A stretch of DNA of 64,000 nt from Candidatus Aenigmatarchaeota archaeon. Lineage in GTDB: Archaea > Aenigmatarchaeota > Aenigmatarchaeia > Aenigmatarchaeales > Aenigmatarchaeaceae. The stretch is from contig JAFGAZ010000004.1 in the NCBI GenBank assembly GCA_016933455.1, forward strand, positions 9,116 through 73,115. Reading direction: 5' to 3'. This document shows, in pieces, positions 38,091 through 47,521 of the stretch (position 1 is the first letter of the stretch; every line of letters starts with the position of its first letter). Under the pieces are notes generated by a model that was not told where the DNA came from, did not search any database, and worked only from the letters and a program-made list of their open reading frames with translations. The translations under genes were made by a program, and so were the position numbers.

Positions 38091-38528
38091 TTACTTTGGT
38101 TTGAAATTATCTACAAGGGATTCAAGCAAATAATCTATTGTGGCATTGCTGTTGTTTTCTGTGATTATTTCCAATTTTAATGGGCTTGTCTTTTTTGTTT
38201 TTCCCTTTTCTGTCAGTGTTCTTTCCAGGCTCAATTTAGCGAGCTCTTTTCCGGAAGGAGTCAAAACCCTATAAGTTCTTTCCATTGTCATGGGTTTTCT
38301 AGAATTGAAAGTTTCCTTTACATTTTCTTCTCTTTTAATTGATGAATCCAACCTTTTTGCTATCTCATCTAATTTTTTACTGTGCTCAAAACTTCTGTTA
38401 TAAACAAGATTTGTGTTGAGTAGCACGTTTCCGTTGTCAAAATAAACGCACTTTTTAATGAAATCAGAATACTTTTCCTTTGAAACCTTTTCAACATAAT
38501 TTTTTAATTCTTCCATATCAACTGACAT
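38091..38528 (-). CDS. Hypothetical protein (orphan)
   Basis: 145 aa AT-rich ORF. Confidence 0.55.
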   Translation of the reverse strand: MSVDMEELKNYVEKVSKEKYSDFIKKCVYFDNGNVLLNTNLVYNRSFEHSKKLDEIAKRLDSSIKREENVKETFNSRKPMTMERTYRVLTPSGKELAKLSLERTLTEKGKTKKTSPLKLEIITENNSNATIDYLLESLVDNFKPK

Positions 38529-38558
38529 GCTATAATTAGAAACAGTAATTTTTTATTT

Positions 38559-39005
38559 CTATTCTTCGTTCTCAAGGTAGATATAGTCTGCAACATCCTC
38601 TTCGCGCTTTGGCTGGATGTGTTCTGCCAGTTTTGCCCCAAAGTTGTTAAGCCTTCTTTCAAGGCTGAGTGTTTTCTCCGCCAGCCTGTCCAAAGAGTCC
38701 TTGTTTTCTGTCTTGTGCCTATTAAGCCTTTCCTCTAGCTGCTCCATTGCGGAATTAACGCTAACTCTTTTTACCATGTCCTTGCAGATGTTTTCCAGAT
38801 TGTCTATTTTATTCTTTATCTCTTCTCCCACCTTCTCTTCTTTCAAGGACTTTTTCCTTTCAAGCTCGACCATTGCCCCAAAGCCTATGGAATCAACTAT
38901 TAGGAGCACTATTAAAACTTGTAGAAAGTCGTAACCCAAAAGCTGCAGCGCTGCGGACACCACGGTCATGAAAATCAGTATCCAAAATGCTGTCTTGTAG
39001 GACAT
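38559..39005 (-). CDS. Two-TM protein with cytoplasmic coiled coil
   Basis: N-terminal TM hairpin then heptads. Confidence 0.75.
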   Translation of the reverse strand: MSYKTAFWILIFMTVVSAALQLLGYDFLQVLIVLLIVDSIGFGAMVELERKKSLKEEKVGEEIKNKIDNLENICKDMVKRVSVNSAMEQLEERLNRHKTENKDSLDRLAEKTLSLERRLNNFGAKLAEHIQPKREEDVADYIYLENEE

Positions 39006-39067
39006 GTGAAATACTACATTCCAAAAGGATTTAAACCTATTGTTATACTATCTGTAAGTGATAAATA

Positions 39068-39835
39068 TCACTTTTTGATCCTAAGTTTTCTAAGAAATCT
39101 CAAAAGCTTGCCCTCTGTTTCGTAAACCTCGCCAACAAGTTTTGAAGAAAGGCTAATTAGCTCCTTGCTTGCTGCGCTGTAGGGCTTGAATAGGACAACA
39201 GGCATCTTCAAAGTAAGGCTCTTGTGCACGTTCGTGTCATGCGGTATCTTGGCAATCACGGGAAGTTTTGTCAACTCCTCTATCTCAGAGTCGGACATTT
39301 CATAGTTCTTGTTGTTTGACATGTTAACCACTACACCCAAAGGCTTGACCCCTATCTCGTTTGCGATCTCCTGGCACCTGACAATGTCCATTACAAACGG
39401 TATGTAGGGGTTTGTAACATACAATACCTCGTCAGCAGCCCTCATTGATGCTATGCCCTCTCTTCCAAGGCCCGGGCTTCCGTCAAGAAGAACTATGTCA
39501 TTGTCGCTCATTAGGCCCTTTAGCTTGCTTCTTAGCTCTGTTATGTCAACGCCCTCCAAATCAGTTAGAGACAAAGAAGCAGGAACAACCTTCATGCCGC
39601 TGTAGTGCTCGCTTACAGCGTCCTCGACCTTGTACTCTCCTCTTAGGACCTTGTTTAGTGTTATGGGGCAATAGTACATGCCAAGATACAAACCCACGTG
39701 CGATGTTGTTACATTGCAGTCGACCAGTGTAACGTTCTTGTTAAAGTGCTTTGCAAGAGAGGCGCCTATGTTTAGACCTAATGTAGTCTTTCCAACGCCG
39801 CCTTTCCCAGAAATAATGCTTATTACCCTAGCCAT
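39068..39835 (-). CDS. minD: MinD/ParA-family ATPase
   Basis: Start refined to MARVISIISGKGGVGKTT; DGSPGLG; amphipathic C-terminus LLRFLRKL. Confidence 0.92.
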   Translation of the reverse strand: MARVISIISGKGGVGKTTLGLNIGASLAKHFNKNVTLVDCNVTTSHVGLYLGMYYCPITLNKVLRGEYKVEDAVSEHYSGMKVVPASLSLTDLEGVDITELRSKLKGLMSDNDIVLLDGSPGLGREGIASMRAADEVLYVTNPYIPFVMDIVRCQEIANEIGVKPLGVVVNMSNNKNYEMSDSEIEELTKLPVIAKIPHDTNVHKSLTLKMPVVLFKPYSAASKELISLSSKLVGEVYETEGKLLRFLRKLRIKK

Positions 39836-39848
39836 TACAACACCACTA

Positions 39849-40109
39849 CTATTTCTCTGGTTTCTTATCTTTTTTAACTTTTCTATTGCTTCCAAAAAGT
39901 CCGCCCAAAAAACCACCGCTTCCTTTCTTTAGAAACGGCAGCCCTGTTCTTGGGTCCTCGAAAACAACATACCCGCTGGGCACGCTGCTTAGCGCATCCT
40001 TTGGGTCCTCGGAAAAAAAGTATAGTTTTGACTTGCCTCTCATTGTCATGTGAAGCCAGAAATTCTTTTTCTTCTTGTTCTTGTAGACAAATGTTCCGAA
40101 AAGACCCAT
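39849..40109 (-). CDS. Small basic protein of conserved-looking type
   Basis: WLH...LYFFS...PSGY.VFEDPRTGLPFLKK plus GGFLGGLFG tail. Confidence 0.75.
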   Translation of the reverse strand: MGLFGTFVYKNKKKKNFWLHMTMRGKSKLYFFSEDPKDALSSVPSGYVVFEDPRTGLPFLKKGSGGFLGGLFGSNRKVKKDKKPEK

Positions 40110-40142
40110 GTTTTATAGATATTTTTTCCTTTCAATTTAAGT

Positions 40143-41366
40143 CTATGTCTCAGCTTCTTCCATTCTCAAAAGCTTGGGTTTTCTTTTATCTTTCTTCCTA
40201 TTGTGAAGCATAAGGAATATTACTGCTATTGCAATTATTACAAGCAAAAGCCAAAGAGGGCTAAAAGATGGTGCTGTGTATACCACAAAAGAAATCTGAG
40301 CCAGTTTTAAAGTGGCGTCCTTTAGTATGTCCTTTAATTCTTCCAAAGAAGAGCTTGCTGACAAATAATCCTCTTGTTCGTAAAAATTTTTGGCTTCCTG
40401 CATTTTTGCTTTGGCATTTTCTAGTTCAATTCCCACTTCAGTTGTGTCAAGGTCCTTTGCTCTGGCATCTATTATCTGCCTTTCAAGGTCTGCTATTAGA
40501 AGATCGTAATTGAGTATCGTGTTTTTCACATCATCCTTTAGAGAAACGTCGTAAGATGTCAGGTTTACTTTTATTGTGCCCGTTTCCTTGAGCTCTCTTG
40601 TTACAAGCTCAAAGTCTATTGGGTACTCGCCTATGGGCGCCTCGTTTGGCGCGAAGATGTCTAAAAGGAAAACAACCGTTTCCCCGGGGTCTAGGTAATA
40701 AGATTCCTTTGGATTCATGTCAATGTCTAAAAGGTTGGAAGCAGACAGATGCATCTTCATCTCATGGATTGTGGCGTTTCCTATGTTCTTTACCTTGATG
40801 TTGGTCATCACGCTTCTGCCAGGGTATACATTTATTGATTCGGGATAGCTGACGTTGAGCGACGGCGTGACTTCTGCCCATGTTCCAAAAGGAAAGTTTT
40901 GGGCATAAACGTACGGCGTATAATCCGGGAAAGTAGCATAGAAGCTTCCCCAAGCCTCCATTCTTTTGGTGCCCATTGTTATTCTGACTTTGATGTAATA
41001 GTATCCCATTGTGTTTGGCGTGAATTTTGTTTCAAATGGCCTTCTCATGCCTGGATAAAGAGTTACTGTCGAGTCCTGATAGTGTACCAATTCCTCAAGC
41101 TTGTCTGAATAGTAGTAGATGTACTCTTCTATTGTTAGGTCGTATGTTTCTGTTCCTGAATTGAAAAATTCTACGTAGATATCCTGGGTTTCCGATACGT
41201 TCGCCAGGGTTTCAAAGTTAAAGGCTGATATATGGCCGCTGAAATTGCTCTTTATAGCAACATCGAGCTGATGCATGGTCATGCCGGTTATCCCGTAGGG
41301 TATAAAATACGCAAGAGATGCTAGGACAATTAGCAAAACAAGAATGTGCAGCCAAAACTCTCTCAT
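40143..41366 (-). CDS. Surface protein: Ig/CARDB-like domains, helical stalk, C-terminal TM
   Basis: N-terminal TM plus ITG; FFNSG...LYPG; VKNIGN...APIGEY; TM with basic tail. Confidence 0.85.
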   Translation of the reverse strand: MREFWLHILVLLIVLASLAYFIPYGITGMTMHQLDVAIKSNFSGHISAFNFETLANVSETQDIYVEFFNSGTETYDLTIEEYIYYYSDKLEELVHYQDSTVTLYPGMRRPFETKFTPNTMGYYYIKVRITMGTKRMEAWGSFYATFPDYTPYVYAQNFPFGTWAEVTPSLNVSYPESINVYPGRSVMTNIKVKNIGNATIHEMKMHLSASNLLDIDMNPKESYYLDPGETVVFLLDIFAPNEAPIGEYPIDFELVTRELKETGTIKVNLTSYDVSLKDDVKNTILNYDLLIADLERQIIDARAKDLDTTEVGIELENAKAKMQEAKNFYEQEDYLSASSSLEELKDILKDATLKLAQISFVVYTAPSFSPLWLLLVIIAIAVIFLMLHNRKKDKRKPKLLRMEEAET

Positions 41367-41398
41367 ATAAACTAATTTGAGCCTCAGATATAAAACCC

Positions 41399-41998
41399 TT
41401 AATATTTTTTGTATAACAACAACGCAATCGCAATGGTTGCTATGACCAAGATAAATACAATGCTGCTCTCTTCTTTGTCTTCATAATTTTCCTTTGGTAT
41501 GATAATTTCTTCTTCAAAGTCATCTTCTACAACATCAGGCTCGATTCCTCTTAGTCCTACTTTTAAGATGAAGCTGTTTTTTGGAACCATTGTTAGCTGT
41601 CCTGTGTCCTGAGATGTTATCTGAGAAACTATTGTAAAGGAATAGTTGCCGCTTTCCTCGTTTTGCGGCGGCTTTACGAAAACATTTACTATTTTTGCCC
41701 TTATGTTTTCATTCATATACGGCAGGCTTATGTATTCCTCTCCTGTTTCCTTGTCAAGCAAAAATGAAGCAGGGTCTATTATTACTGTCCAACCTTCCGG
41801 GCTTTCAACATTCCTTATTTCCATCGTGTAGGGCTCATTTCCAGAATTCCAGAAAAGTATCTTGAACCTTGCAGATTGCTCCAAAGCTATTTCCTGATAA
41901 TCGTACTTTAGGCTGTTGCCTATGCTTATCGCATTTGCGCAGCAGGCTAGTGCTAGGAAAAAAAATGCAAAAAACATGCTAAGGCGCTTCTTGTCCAT
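41399..41998 (-). CDS. Single NEW3/DUF916-like Ig-domain membrane protein
   Basis: Signal peptide, FWNSGNEP..PEGWTV.IDP...SGNY, C-terminal TM. Confidence 0.8.
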   Translation of the reverse strand: MDKKRLSMFFAFFFLALACCANAISIGNSLKYDYQEIALEQSARFKILFWNSGNEPYTMEIRNVESPEGWTVIIDPASFLLDKETGEEYISLPYMNENIRAKIVNVFVKPPQNEESGNYSFTIVSQITSQDTGQLTMVPKNSFILKVGLRGIEPDVVEDDFEEEIIIPKENYEDKEESSIVFILVIATIAIALLLYKKY

Positions 41999-43310
41999 TT
42001 TTTACCCCCCAAACATATATGCTTCCCGCATAGTAACCAGTGTATACTGGCGGAACATTGATCCAATACCAAGAAGTTATGTTACTGCCTTCTGAAAATC
42101 CAGAGCCTAGAAGACTTGCTGTTTTTGATAGTTCATGGGCTTCGGAAAAATCATTTGTTGTATTGCTCCAGCTTATGTTCGAAACGCCTATCGTATATCC
42201 TAACGTTTCGTTTGTCAAGTCGGTTCCGTTTATGTATATATCCAAATTGCAGCTGCCCTCGTTGACTGTCACGTTGTAGTCGTTTATGTCATTTCCCTCC
42301 GCGCTGTTCTGTCCGGAGCTAGGGTCAAGCATACCGAAAATTATAGAACTCCATTGCATGTTGATATCTATTGTGCAGTCGCTGATAGAGATTGTCACGT
42401 TTTCAGTTGCATTGTCTTCCACTTCGTCAAAGGAAGAGTTGAACATTGCTCCTATTTTCCATCCGCTGTTTATGTCTGCAGTTGCGTTTATCGACCAGTT
42501 GACAAGACAAAAATCCCCTGATAGCATGCTCCCGCAAGGCTTTAGAGGATTCAAAGGGCTTTCGTTTACAAAGAAGGGCTTGTCTCCAAAAGTATCGTTC
42601 ACAGGATAATTAGGGTATTCTGATGAAAGGTTGTACATTACTGTTCCAAAAACATTGCCGCAAGGGCCGTCTCTGCAAACAATGGACGTGTTTACGAAAA
42701 ACGTCTTGTTTTGTATTATGTTAAGAGTTGCTTGTGTGTCTGGATTTAGCATCTCAACTTCTAGATAGCTTGCATAACCTACATAGTACTGCACATAGTC
42801 CTCCTTTAGAAGACCCACATCCGAATCCCCTGTGGAGTTTATCTTGAATCTGATTCTTCCATCGGAAGAGTTAAAGTCCATTGCATTGCTTGTTATGTTG
42901 CACCACCATTTTGTAGGAGTGTTTGGGGGAACTGTGCCAAAGTCACATCCGGAAGATACCCACAAAGAGTTTTCCCAGTCGTACACGTTCAAGCTGTAAT
43001 CATCCGAAACATTGCTTGTAAAGTTTATCGTGATGTTTATCGAATCTATGCTGCCATCAGCTATCTGAGTCGAGTTGTGCCATATGTCAACAAAATTGCT
43101 TCCTGTTTTGAACTCTTCCTCTATGTCGTATGTCAAATCCTCTCCAAGAATGTTTAGGTCTTCATAATCGCCTGTTGGCGTAAGGCCTATGTCAACTAGC
43201 GGCTCTCCTTCCTGGTCGTATTGTACTGTAACTTGGGCAAAAGCAAAAGAGCTGTTGCTTAGAACCAGCAATAAAATTAAAAACAGAGTCGCTTCGGTTT
43301 TTGATGGCAT
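41979..43310 (-). CDS. Secreted adhesin-like protein with C-terminal pilin/WxL-like domain
   Basis: Signal peptide, no TM anchor; C-terminal SIIFGMLDP...YNVTV...GTDL...YWINVP...GYYAGSIYV. Confidence 0.7.
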   Translation of the reverse strand: MPSKTEATLFLILLLVLSNSSFAFAQVTVQYDQEGEPLVDIGLTPTGDYEDLNILGEDLTYDIEEEFKTGSNFVDIWHNSTQIADGSIDSINITINFTSNVSDDYSLNVYDWENSLWVSSGCDFGTVPPNTPTKWWCNITSNAMDFNSSDGRIRFKINSTGDSDVGLLKEDYVQYYVGYASYLEVEMLNPDTQATLNIIQNKTFFVNTSIVCRDGPCGNVFGTVMYNLSSEYPNYPVNDTFGDKPFFVNESPLNPLKPCGSMLSGDFCLVNWSINATADINSGWKIGAMFNSSFDEVEDNATENVTISISDCTIDINMQWSSIIFGMLDPSSGQNSAEGNDINDYNVTVNEGSCNLDIYINGTDLTNETLGYTIGVSNISWSNTTNDFSEAHELSKTASLLGSGFSEGSNITSWYWINVPPVYTGYYAGSIYVWGVKNGQEAP

Positions 43311-43319
43311 AGAAATACC

Positions 43320-44096
43320 TCAGGCGAACTCTTTTTTCCTTTTGAAAGCCATCTTTACCTTGTCCCAGAAACTGTAACTGTAGTCGTGTCCCGCTATCTT
43401 GGCAGCCAGCTTAAAGAAGGCCTGTTGCGACGGTGATTTCTTTTTTGATGAGGCAACTAGCTCCTTTTTGTTAAAGCTTGCCAAAACCTCTTCGTCTTCT
43501 GGAACATACCCTATTATCGGCATTTCTAAAAACTGCTGTATCTCTTCCATGGTCAATTCGTACTTTTTGTTTCTGACCCTGTTGACAATTACACCTAGTA
43601 ATGTCGGACGTATCTGGAACTTTTCTATCACATGCTTGCACTTTTCTATGTCAACCAAAGACGGTATGAAAGGGTTTGCGACAAAAAGCGTCTCGTCGCT
43701 TGCCTGCAGAGCTATCATGGCCTCCTTGCCAAGGCCCGGAGCAGAGTCTAAAATAACTATGTCGTAATCCGCAAACACCTGCTTTAATTTTTCCTTAATG
43801 CCGCTGACATCAATGTTAACTATGTCGTCTAGTCTTAGGGATGCTGGCACAACGTTAAGGCCTGATTTGTGCTTGTATATGGCGTCTTCAAGCTTAACCT
43901 CGTTTCTCAAAAAATTGTTTAGTGTTAGAGGGCACTTGTACATGTCAAAGTAAAGACCTATGTGTGACGTTGTTATGTTAAAGTCTATAACAGCCACTTT
44001 CTTGTTATATTTCTGGAGTGCCACGCCCAGATTGGCGGCTATCGTGGTCTTTCCTACCCCTCCTTTGCCAGAGCACACGTTTATTATTCTTACCAT
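43320..44096 (-). CDS. minD: MinD/ParA-family ATPase (paralog)
   Basis: SGKGGVGKTT, DSAPGLG, amphipathic C-terminus FWDKVKMAF. Confidence 0.92.
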   Translation of the reverse strand: MVRIINVCSGKGGVGKTTIAANLGVALQKYNKKVAVIDFNITTSHIGLYFDMYKCPLTLNNFLRNEVKLEDAIYKHKSGLNVVPASLRLDDIVNIDVSGIKEKLKQVFADYDIVILDSAPGLGKEAMIALQASDETLFVANPFIPSLVDIEKCKHVIEKFQIRPTLLGVIVNRVRNKKYELTMEEIQQFLEMPIIGYVPEDEEVLASFNKKELVASSKKKSPSQQAFFKLAAKIAGHDYSYSFWDKVKMAFKRKKEFA

Positions 44097-44098
44097 TA

Positions 44099-46450
44099 TT
44101 AATCACCTTTTTGCGTCAAATTTTTGGAAAATTTCAAAACATTGGGAAATTCCGTTATTATGAGCTTGTCATAGCTTCCTGTGTTTGGATGCATGGGCTG
44201 ACCGTCGGTGCTCATGTATTTCCTAACACCTATAAGGAAACTCCTTATCTCTCCCCTGTTGCTGAACTTTTTTCTTTTTTTTAGCAGTATTGCAAGCGAA
44301 AAGCAAACTGCCGCGAATATTCCCACGAATGCCAGTTCATAGTAGCTTATTTGCGGTAGTGTAAAGCCTGTTGCAAGACCTGTTGTGGGAACTGTTTCTT
44401 GCTCGCCAGTTTCAAAAACATTAAGGCCAAATACCAGCTCTTGTGTAATTTCATTGTTTTCAGATTTCAAAGTCACGCTTCTTATGCCGGTTTCCATGTA
44501 AACAGGGATCGAAATATCCAATGTTATATCCCTGCTTTCTCCTACTTTGAGACTTATCGTATCGGGTTGAAGAGTGTAATAGTCCTGTGAAATGCCCTCC
44601 AAGTAAAGCAGCATTTCGGTTAGGTCATCTTGTCCGTCGTTGACTATCGTAAAATTATAGCTGCTGCTTCCACCCCTTTCTATTCTGACAGTCTCTGGAA
44701 AGTCGATGAAAACTGATTTGCTCTTTACAACTGAAATTTTTGTTTCTCCATTGAAAGCGCTGTAGGGCTCCTTTCTTGCATCAACTGATACAACATATTC
44801 TGCCTCGTTTTTTGGAACGTCAAGCTCCACGGAAAACACGCCGTTGTCGTCGGACTTTACTGTTATGCTTTCCTGCGTGTTTTTTATGGCGACAAAAACT
44901 GTGGTGTTTCCGACAACATCTCCGTCCTCATCCTTTGTTATTCCCGACACCTTTATTGTTTCGTCCAGATTGTACTCTTTCTTGTCCGTGCTAAATACCG
45001 ATTTTAGACTCTTGACCTCGCCTATTACGAACGCTGAAAGACCTGAAGCTGTTATTCTAACATTGTTTCTTATCATGTCTATGTCGTATCCGATCTCTTC
45101 CCATTCGTCACTGCATGCTTGCTTTCCCATGCTCCAGTCCGAGCATCTAAACACCTTTAGCTCATCCTCGTCTATCACATTGCCTTCGTCATAGTCCATT
45201 TCCAATTCCAGTGTTGAATAGTCAAGACCTATCTCGTAGCCGTATAGGCCGGCGTTTCTTATGCCGGGTATTTCTGTTTCGTCGCCGTAAAAATAATTTA
45301 TAGGATCGTCAAATTCGCTGAGCGTCACGCTTGAGAGTTCAATTTGGGATTTAGGAAAGTCAATGACTATGTCGTAAACTCCTGGAGGCAAAAGTCCTCC
45401 GTATTTGCCGTATGCGTCTGTTGATACTGTCAGCTTGTTTATATCGTTCTGATTGAACTTTATCTTGGTGCTTATGGCTTTGTTGTTTTCATCAACCAAC
45501 TCGCCGTCAATGACTACAGCGTATTCTATCTGCTTGTTTGCAGAATAAGTTTTCGATTCGTGGCTCATGCTGGCTTCTAACTGATAGCTTCCAGGCGAAA
45601 GCGGCGGGGCCATGATGCTAATAACATAGTAATTCCCCTGCAAGGAAAAGCCCGTTACATCAGCAGAGGTTCCACCGATTTTTATTCCAATATCGTTCTG
45701 GTCTAGGCTTATCATGTTTCCCTTGTCCATAGCCAATACGGAGACTGTTATGTTGTCCTTGCTCTTAATCCACGTCTTTGATACTGAAGCTATCTCAAAT
45801 TCAATGCTGTTTCTTACGTCAGCAGAGCCATAGTCGGTTACTGATGCCCCCTCATAGAACATAGTGACACTAACATCGTAAACATCGCGTGTTCCTGGAG
45901 TGTCAAGCTTTAGTATCCACCCTCTTGTGATGTCGTATGCAGGAACAACCTTGAGATTTTTCAAAACACCGTCAAGCGTCACGTTGAACAAGACATCATG
46001 CGTTATTCTTGCACCATCTTTCTCTGCTACAAAGTCTATCTCTATTGTGTCGCCTATGTATGCTGGCACCGGTCTTATGTCGCCTATGTATCCTGACAAG
46101 CTAGAAACCGTAAAGCTGCTTGCTTGGCTTGTGATATTGCTGACATTGTTTTTGCAGTATACGGTCACATCATATGTTCCAATCCTGTCTAGATACGCCT
46201 CGCTTAAAGACAGCTGATAGTTTATGTTCCCTGAAAAATAAAGTATAGGCAGCAATATTTCTGGACCTTCTATTTGGGCATACACCTGTTCTATTGACAT
46301 GTTAGCATTGTCAGTGCACAAAAGTTCCATGTCAACGCTTGTTCCAATCCAAGGATTTTGCGGGTCTATCGAAAAGTCTTGTATGACTGGCATTGCAAAA
46401 GCCGCGTTAACGGAAAGCAAAAGTATGACTAAGGGCAGGAGTTTTTTCAT
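44099..46450 (-). CDS. Large multi-Ig surface protein with PGF-pre-PGF-like domain and C-terminal TM
   Basis: Signal peptide, serial beta domains, DEDELKVFRC..W...SGLSAFVIG, PTTGLATG then TM. Confidence 0.85.
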   Translation of the reverse strand: MKKLLPLVILLLSVNAAFAMPVIQDFSIDPQNPWIGTSVDMELLCTDNANMSIEQVYAQIEGPEILLPILYFSGNINYQLSLSEAYLDRIGTYDVTVYCKNNVSNITSQASSFTVSSLSGYIGDIRPVPAYIGDTIEIDFVAEKDGARITHDVLFNVTLDGVLKNLKVVPAYDITRGWILKLDTPGTRDVYDVSVTMFYEGASVTDYGSADVRNSIEFEIASVSKTWIKSKDNITVSVLAMDKGNMISLDQNDIGIKIGGTSADVTGFSLQGNYYVISIMAPPLSPGSYQLEASMSHESKTYSANKQIEYAVVIDGELVDENNKAISTKIKFNQNDINKLTVSTDAYGKYGGLLPPGVYDIVIDFPKSQIELSSVTLSEFDDPINYFYGDETEIPGIRNAGLYGYEIGLDYSTLELEMDYDEGNVIDEDELKVFRCSDWSMGKQACSDEWEEIGYDIDMIRNNVRITASGLSAFVIGEVKSLKSVFSTDKKEYNLDETIKVSGITKDEDGDVVGNTTVFVAIKNTQESITVKSDDNGVFSVELDVPKNEAEYVVSVDARKEPYSAFNGETKISVVKSKSVFIDFPETVRIERGGSSSYNFTIVNDGQDDLTEMLLYLEGISQDYYTLQPDTISLKVGESRDITLDISIPVYMETGIRSVTLKSENNEITQELVFGLNVFETGEQETVPTTGLATGFTLPQISYYELAFVGIFAAVCFSLAILLKKRKKFSNRGEIRSFLIGVRKYMSTDGQPMHPNTGSYDKLIITEFPNVLKFSKNLTQKGD

Positions 46451-46665
46451 TTTCTTTCCCTCCTTGGAACCATGTATATATTGGACCTGCCCACTTTGTG
46501 CAGTTCGAGCTTGCCCTGGTTTTTTAGAGCTTCAAGATAACCTGCTGCAACATCCCTTCTCATGCCGAGCTTTTTGGCTATCTGCGATACTGACAGCAGC
46601 TCCTGTCCAAGAATGTCTAGAACCTTTTTCTCGAAATCCGCCCCTGTAAGCCCCTTTTCAGCCAA
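46447..46665 (-). CDS. Small winged-helix transcription regulator
   Basis: Probable TTG start after SD GGAAGAGTG; LSVSQIAKKLGMRRDVAAGYLEAL...VGRSNIY. Confidence 0.8.
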   Translation of the reverse strand: MAEKGLTGADFEKKVLDILGQELLSVSQIAKKLGMRRDVAAGYLEALKNQGKLELHKVGRSNIYMVPRRERK

Positions 46666-46696
46666 ATAAACACTCTTCCATATTGCAACTATATAG

Positions 46697-46716
46697 ATAT
46701 CATATAAATTTGATAT
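46697..46716. promoter_or_regulatory. Inverted repeat ATATCA-N8-TGATAT in the wHTH gene promoter
   Basis: Within the AT-rich gap upstream of the wHTH ORF. Confidence 0.3.
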
Positions 46717-46771
46717 AAATACTTTTCTGTATACATATGAATACAATATAGACGCAATATAGCACAAAGAA

Positions 46772-47521
46772 CTAGTTGAAAATAGCGTACTTGATGCTGT
46801 CTGTGACAAAGAAATACAAGCCTACAAGACCATCAAGCTTTTTCATTTCAATTGTTTCTTCCGTATAGTACTTGCCGTTATCAGAAGCTATCAATAGCTT
46901 TACAGAAGAGGTCGCCCAAAGAGACGGCACATATCTTATCATGACGTACTTTGAACTGTTGGTTTTTATTTTGTCTATTACTTTCTGTTCGAATATCCAT
47001 CCCGACATATAGTCGGTTGGCATTATGACAATGTCTTGAACATCTGCGTTTGCTATCACATCGAAAAGCACATAGTCGTCGTATGTCCTGAAATTCCTTA
47101 TTGAGAATACATCTTCTTGTTGCGTTTTGTTTTCCACAACAAATTCCACATTCTTGTACTCGCTCACCTCGTTTCCGAAATAAATCTTTAGTTTCGATAA
47201 GTAAACGCCCGGGTTCAAAGTGTGCCAGTATATGTCAAGAACCTTCTTGTCGCCAGGATAGAATTCCTCTTCAAGGCTCCAGCCGCTGAATATCGTTTTT
47301 TGGTTGTTGTCTTGTATTTCTATCTTTGCTCTTGCCTTGTATGGAACGCTTCCTGTGTTGTAGAATTCAGATGAAAACTTTACAAGATTTGACCCTTCTG
47401 TTGAGAATGCTATTAACCTGCCATCAACAATTTCCGACACGCCCACATCTATTGATGCAGCGTATGCTACGCATACTGAAACAAGCATACAACCTACCAG
47501 TATCAAAGAACCCTTCATCAA
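46772..47521 (-). CDS. Exported two-domain protein, DUF3324-like Ig domain
   Basis: Signal peptide; FYNTGSVPYKARAKIEI...FYPG...PGVY..KLKIYFG. Confidence 0.75.
   Translation of the reverse strand: MMKGSLILVGCMLVSVCVAYAASIDVGVSEIVDGRLIAFSTEGSNLVKFSSEFYNTGSVPYKARAKIEIQDNNQKTIFSGWSLEEEFYPGDKKVLDIYWHTLNPGVYLSKLKIYFGNEVSEYKNVEFVVENKTQQEDVFSIRNFRTYDDYVLFDVIANADVQDIVIMPTDYMSGWIFEQKVIDKIKTNSSKYVMIRYVPSLWATSSVKLLIASDNGKYYTEETIEMKKLDGLVGLYFFVTDSIKYAIFN

Noticed and set aside
1..38528. Integron-like cassette array explaining the orphans
   Set aside because: No attC-like inverted repeats or integrase; the shared TTTAA motif also precedes core genes and is best read as the TATA box
39836..39916. N-terminal extension of MinD
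   Set aside because: Overlaps the upstream gene; the SD and the family start support ATG at 39835
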